Part shown: positions 30,684 through 32,000 of the stretch, in pieces | How positions within the stretch are numbered: the first letter of the stretch is position 1 | Layout: each line of letters begins with the position of its first letter | Assembly: GCA_942493095.1 (NCBI GenBank) | Contig: OW818675.1 | Coordinates: 2,880,001-2,912,000, forward strand | Direction of reading: 5' to 3' | Source of the DNA: Candidatus Electronema halotolerans | Lineage (GTDB): Bacteria; Desulfobacterota; Desulfobulbia; Desulfobulbales; Desulfobulbaceae | Length of the DNA: 32,000 nucleotides | Made by a program: the position numbers and the translations under genes | The notes under the pieces: generated by a model | Told to the model about the DNA's origin: nothing | Seen by the model: only the letters and a program-made list of their open reading frames with translations | Databases searched by the model: none

Positions 30684-31859
30684 ATGGGTAAAACTTTTAA
30701 AAACAGCGGCGGAGAACAGAACATCGCTCAAGGTGACTATGCTATCGGCAGACAGATAAACACCTTTGGTATCCCTCCAGAAATCTTTGAAAAGTATGCG
30801 ACGAAGCTCGCTGTTACAGAATCTGCTTTAAGCAGTTTCTTCAAAACATTAGGAATAAAACAGGTTTCCCTTGACGATATAGATGGCAAATTACGTGAAA
30901 TTGCAGCTAATCATAAAGAACTATTGCAAAAATTACAGAATAACGCAGCAGAGTTATCAAAAAAATCAGAAGGTGCAGATATGAGTTCAAATTTGATTTA
31001 TATTGAAATATCAATGAAAGATGCGGAGTTGTATCAGGAGGCGTATGAGATACTGCTCAACAAGCTCGTTGAATGGAATGAAATAGCTATCAATAATGGA
31101 GCATCTAAAGCTCCATATGAATATGAAGTAAAGCGATTGCCAATCATAGTTAATTTTTTTAAGAAAAAAATTGCGTCAGGGAGTTATTTTATCACTGATA
31201 GAGTTAGCGAAGAGACCTTGCGTCTCAAAAAATCAGCTCTTCTTTGTGCTGCACATCAACATGAACAGCAGCTCCTCGAAAAATCAAAGAATGGCTGGCC
31301 ACCAGCAGTGATAGAGGCGGCTAAGGAGAAATCCAGAAGATTCAAAGAGCTTGCCGATAAGATTAAATATGATCTTCCAGAAAATTTGGCAGATATTCTG
31401 CCAAGATCAAATGTAACCGTTAATGATCATCATATCCGAGGCAAGGACTGGGAATGGGATGCGTTTATCAGCCACGCATGGGAGGATAAGGAAAATTTTG
31501 TTGCATCACTTGCTGCTGCTTTAGAGGAACAGGGCTTGAAAATATGGTACGACGAGTCAGTACTTAAAGTTGGTGATAGCCTCAGACGCTCCATAGATAA
31601 TGGATTGTCAAAATCAAGATATGGGATTGTTGTGTTAAGTCATTCTTTTTTGAAAAAAGAGTGGCCACAAAAAGAACTTGATGGGATATTCGCAAAAGAG
31701 CGGAATGGGATAAAAGTGCTGCTGCCGATATGGCATAATATTTCTTCAGAAGATATTGAAAAATTTTCGCCTATGCTGGCTGATCGTCTGGCAGTTTCAT
31801 CCAGCAAAGGACTTCCTCATGTCGTTGAGCAATTGTTGAGTGCGATTCAGCAATCGTAA
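30684..31859 (+). CDS. TIR domain-containing effector candidate
   Basis: C-terminal TIR: WDAFISHAWEDKENFVASLAAALEEQGLKIWYDE…GDSLRRSIDNGLSKSRYGIVVLSHSFLKKEWPQKELDGI; start 30684 (MGKTF) or 30666. Confidence 0.88.
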   Translation: MGKTFKNSGGEQNIAQGDYAIGRQINTFGIPPEIFEKYATKLAVTESALSSFFKTLGIKQVSLDDIDGKLREIAANHKELLQKLQNNAAELSKKSEGADMSSNLIYIEISMKDAELYQEAYEILLNKLVEWNEIAINNGASKAPYEYEVKRLPIIVNFFKKKIASGSYFITDRVSEETLRLKKSALLCAAHQHEQQLLEKSKNGWPPAVIEAAKEKSRRFKELADKIKYDLPENLADILPRSNVTVNDHHIRGKDWEWDAFISHAWEDKENFVASLAAALEEQGLKIWYDESVLKVGDSLRRSIDNGLSKSRYGIVVLSHSFLKKEWPQKELDGIFAKERNGIKVLLPIWHNISSEDIEKFSPMLADRLAVSSSKGLPHVVEQLLSAIQQS

Positions 31860-31861
31860 GA

Positions 31862-32000
31862 TTGATCGAGCGCGGCAATTTTTCGACTGCCGAAAAACGG
31901 CGGCAATACCGGCAACTCGTGGAAAAAGTCGCTAATGCCGCCGCCTTAAAGCAGGAATTTCAGCGAAAACTCAAAAACGTTGAACAGAGCCTTGCTGCGG
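31862..32000 (+). CDS. 5' part of an ORF running off the window, helical/charged (LIERGNFSTAEKRRQYRQLVEKVANAAALKQEFQRKLKNVEQSLAA…)
   Basis: Frame open to window end; TTG start is a guess and the frame is also open further upstream. Confidence 0.3.
   Translation, partial: MIERGNFSTAEKRRQYRQLVEKVANAAALKQEFQRKLKNVEQSLAA

Overview
This 32 kb window looks like a bacterial chromosome segment. Gene content suggests a Desulfobulbales/Desulfobacterota-like organism, but that is inference and not checked. Most of it is housekeeping: formate/nitrite transporter, hypCDE, mtaB, lysC, sulP, asnS, ZIP transporter, secA, dapF, proA, nadD. Accessory signals of interest: (1) At 12776-14627 a small protein resembling EACC1-type effector-associated components is followed by a caspase-like (C14) protease fused to a C-terminal DUF1566/Lcl C-type-lectin-like domain. 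The last part of that domain has an uninterrupted run of 18 NNY codons followed by AVRLVRGG, which looks like a diversity-generating retroelement (DGR) variable region. No reverse transcriptase or template repeat is visible in the window, so it would have to be diversified in trans. Two related perfect palindromes bracket the gene. (2) Ter/VWA stress-system genes lie in two clusters about 21 kb apart: AIM24-like + VWA + VWA-Zn ribbon, and TerD + TerD + VWA. A small unlisted His/Asp-rich probable lipoprotein sits inside the first. (3) A TIR-domain effector candidate lies at the right edge, followed by a truncated ORF. (4) There is a divergent CydA-like/cytochrome c fusion. (5) There is a 23-bp degenerate tandem repeat array. 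All family assignments come from reading motifs by eye; no database search was run.
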